DNA from: Camelus ferus
Taxonomy: Eukaryota
DNA length: 64,000 nucleotides
Direction of reading: 5' to 3'
Assembly: GCF_009834535.1 (NCBI RefSeq)
Contig: NC_045696.1
Span: 50,656,001-50,720,000 of the forward strand
Each line of letters starts with the position of its first letter. The first letter of the stretch is position 1. Shown here piece after piece: positions 63,813 to 64,000 of the stretch. Below the pieces are notes generated by a model. That model ran no database searches. It saw only the letters and a program-made list of their open reading frames with translations, and was not told the DNA's origin. A program made the translations under genes and the position numbers.

Positions 63813-64000
63813 GCCATAGTTAGAATCCACACGACTGATCAGATCCTGGCGTGGAGAATCGGGGAGAGCCAGGAGACAAGGGTGAGTCCCGGGTTGGGCA
63901 GCGGAGCAGGTGGTGTGTAGGGAAGATAGGGGAAGAGCAGATGAGTTTGAGTTTGTTTGTAGAAGCAGGTCATTAGTGGGTGTCCTCTGAGCAGTGAAAT

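Noticed and set aside
1..64000. CRISPR array, operon or other prokaryote-type system; a gene symbol for the CpG-island gene
   Set aside because: The DNA is mammalian with no repeat-spacer periodicity or gene-dense region, and no coding exon is present to identify the host gene.

Overview
This is mammalian genomic DNA, most likely camelid (alpaca/llama/camel), judged by several tRNA-Ala-derived Vic-1-type SINEs. It is almost entirely non-coding and repeat-rich; I can support no intact CDS and no RNA gene. The one clear gene structure is a CpG-island promoter (~37.4-38.65 kb) with a probable non-coding first exon on the + strand, ending at a strong donor (GAG|GTGAGT, 37951/37952). The left ~37 kb therefore reads as upstream/intergenic and the right ~26 kb as intron 1 of a gene I cannot name from sequence. 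Repeats include SINEs and L1 3' ends with visible target-site duplications (TSDs), old L1/L2/MIR/HAL1, hAT MITEs, a decayed ERV-L gag and four ERV1 solo LTRs. The most interesting signals are: (i) three MER41-like solo LTRs within ~4 kb of the putative intron 1, two of them in the same MIR 50 bp apart, carrying STAT/GAS-like motifs and 1/2/3 copies of an internal unit; (ii) complementary (CG)n(CA)n and (GT)n-CG tracts bracketing the first donor; (iii) a MEF2/TATA-E-box-FOX cluster with a neighbouring G4 at ~58.7-59.0 kb; (iv) three related fragments of an unclassified, possibly Helitron-like repeat at 32-36 kb. I see no novel protein-coding system. Repeat family names come from recalled consensus similarity, not from a database search.
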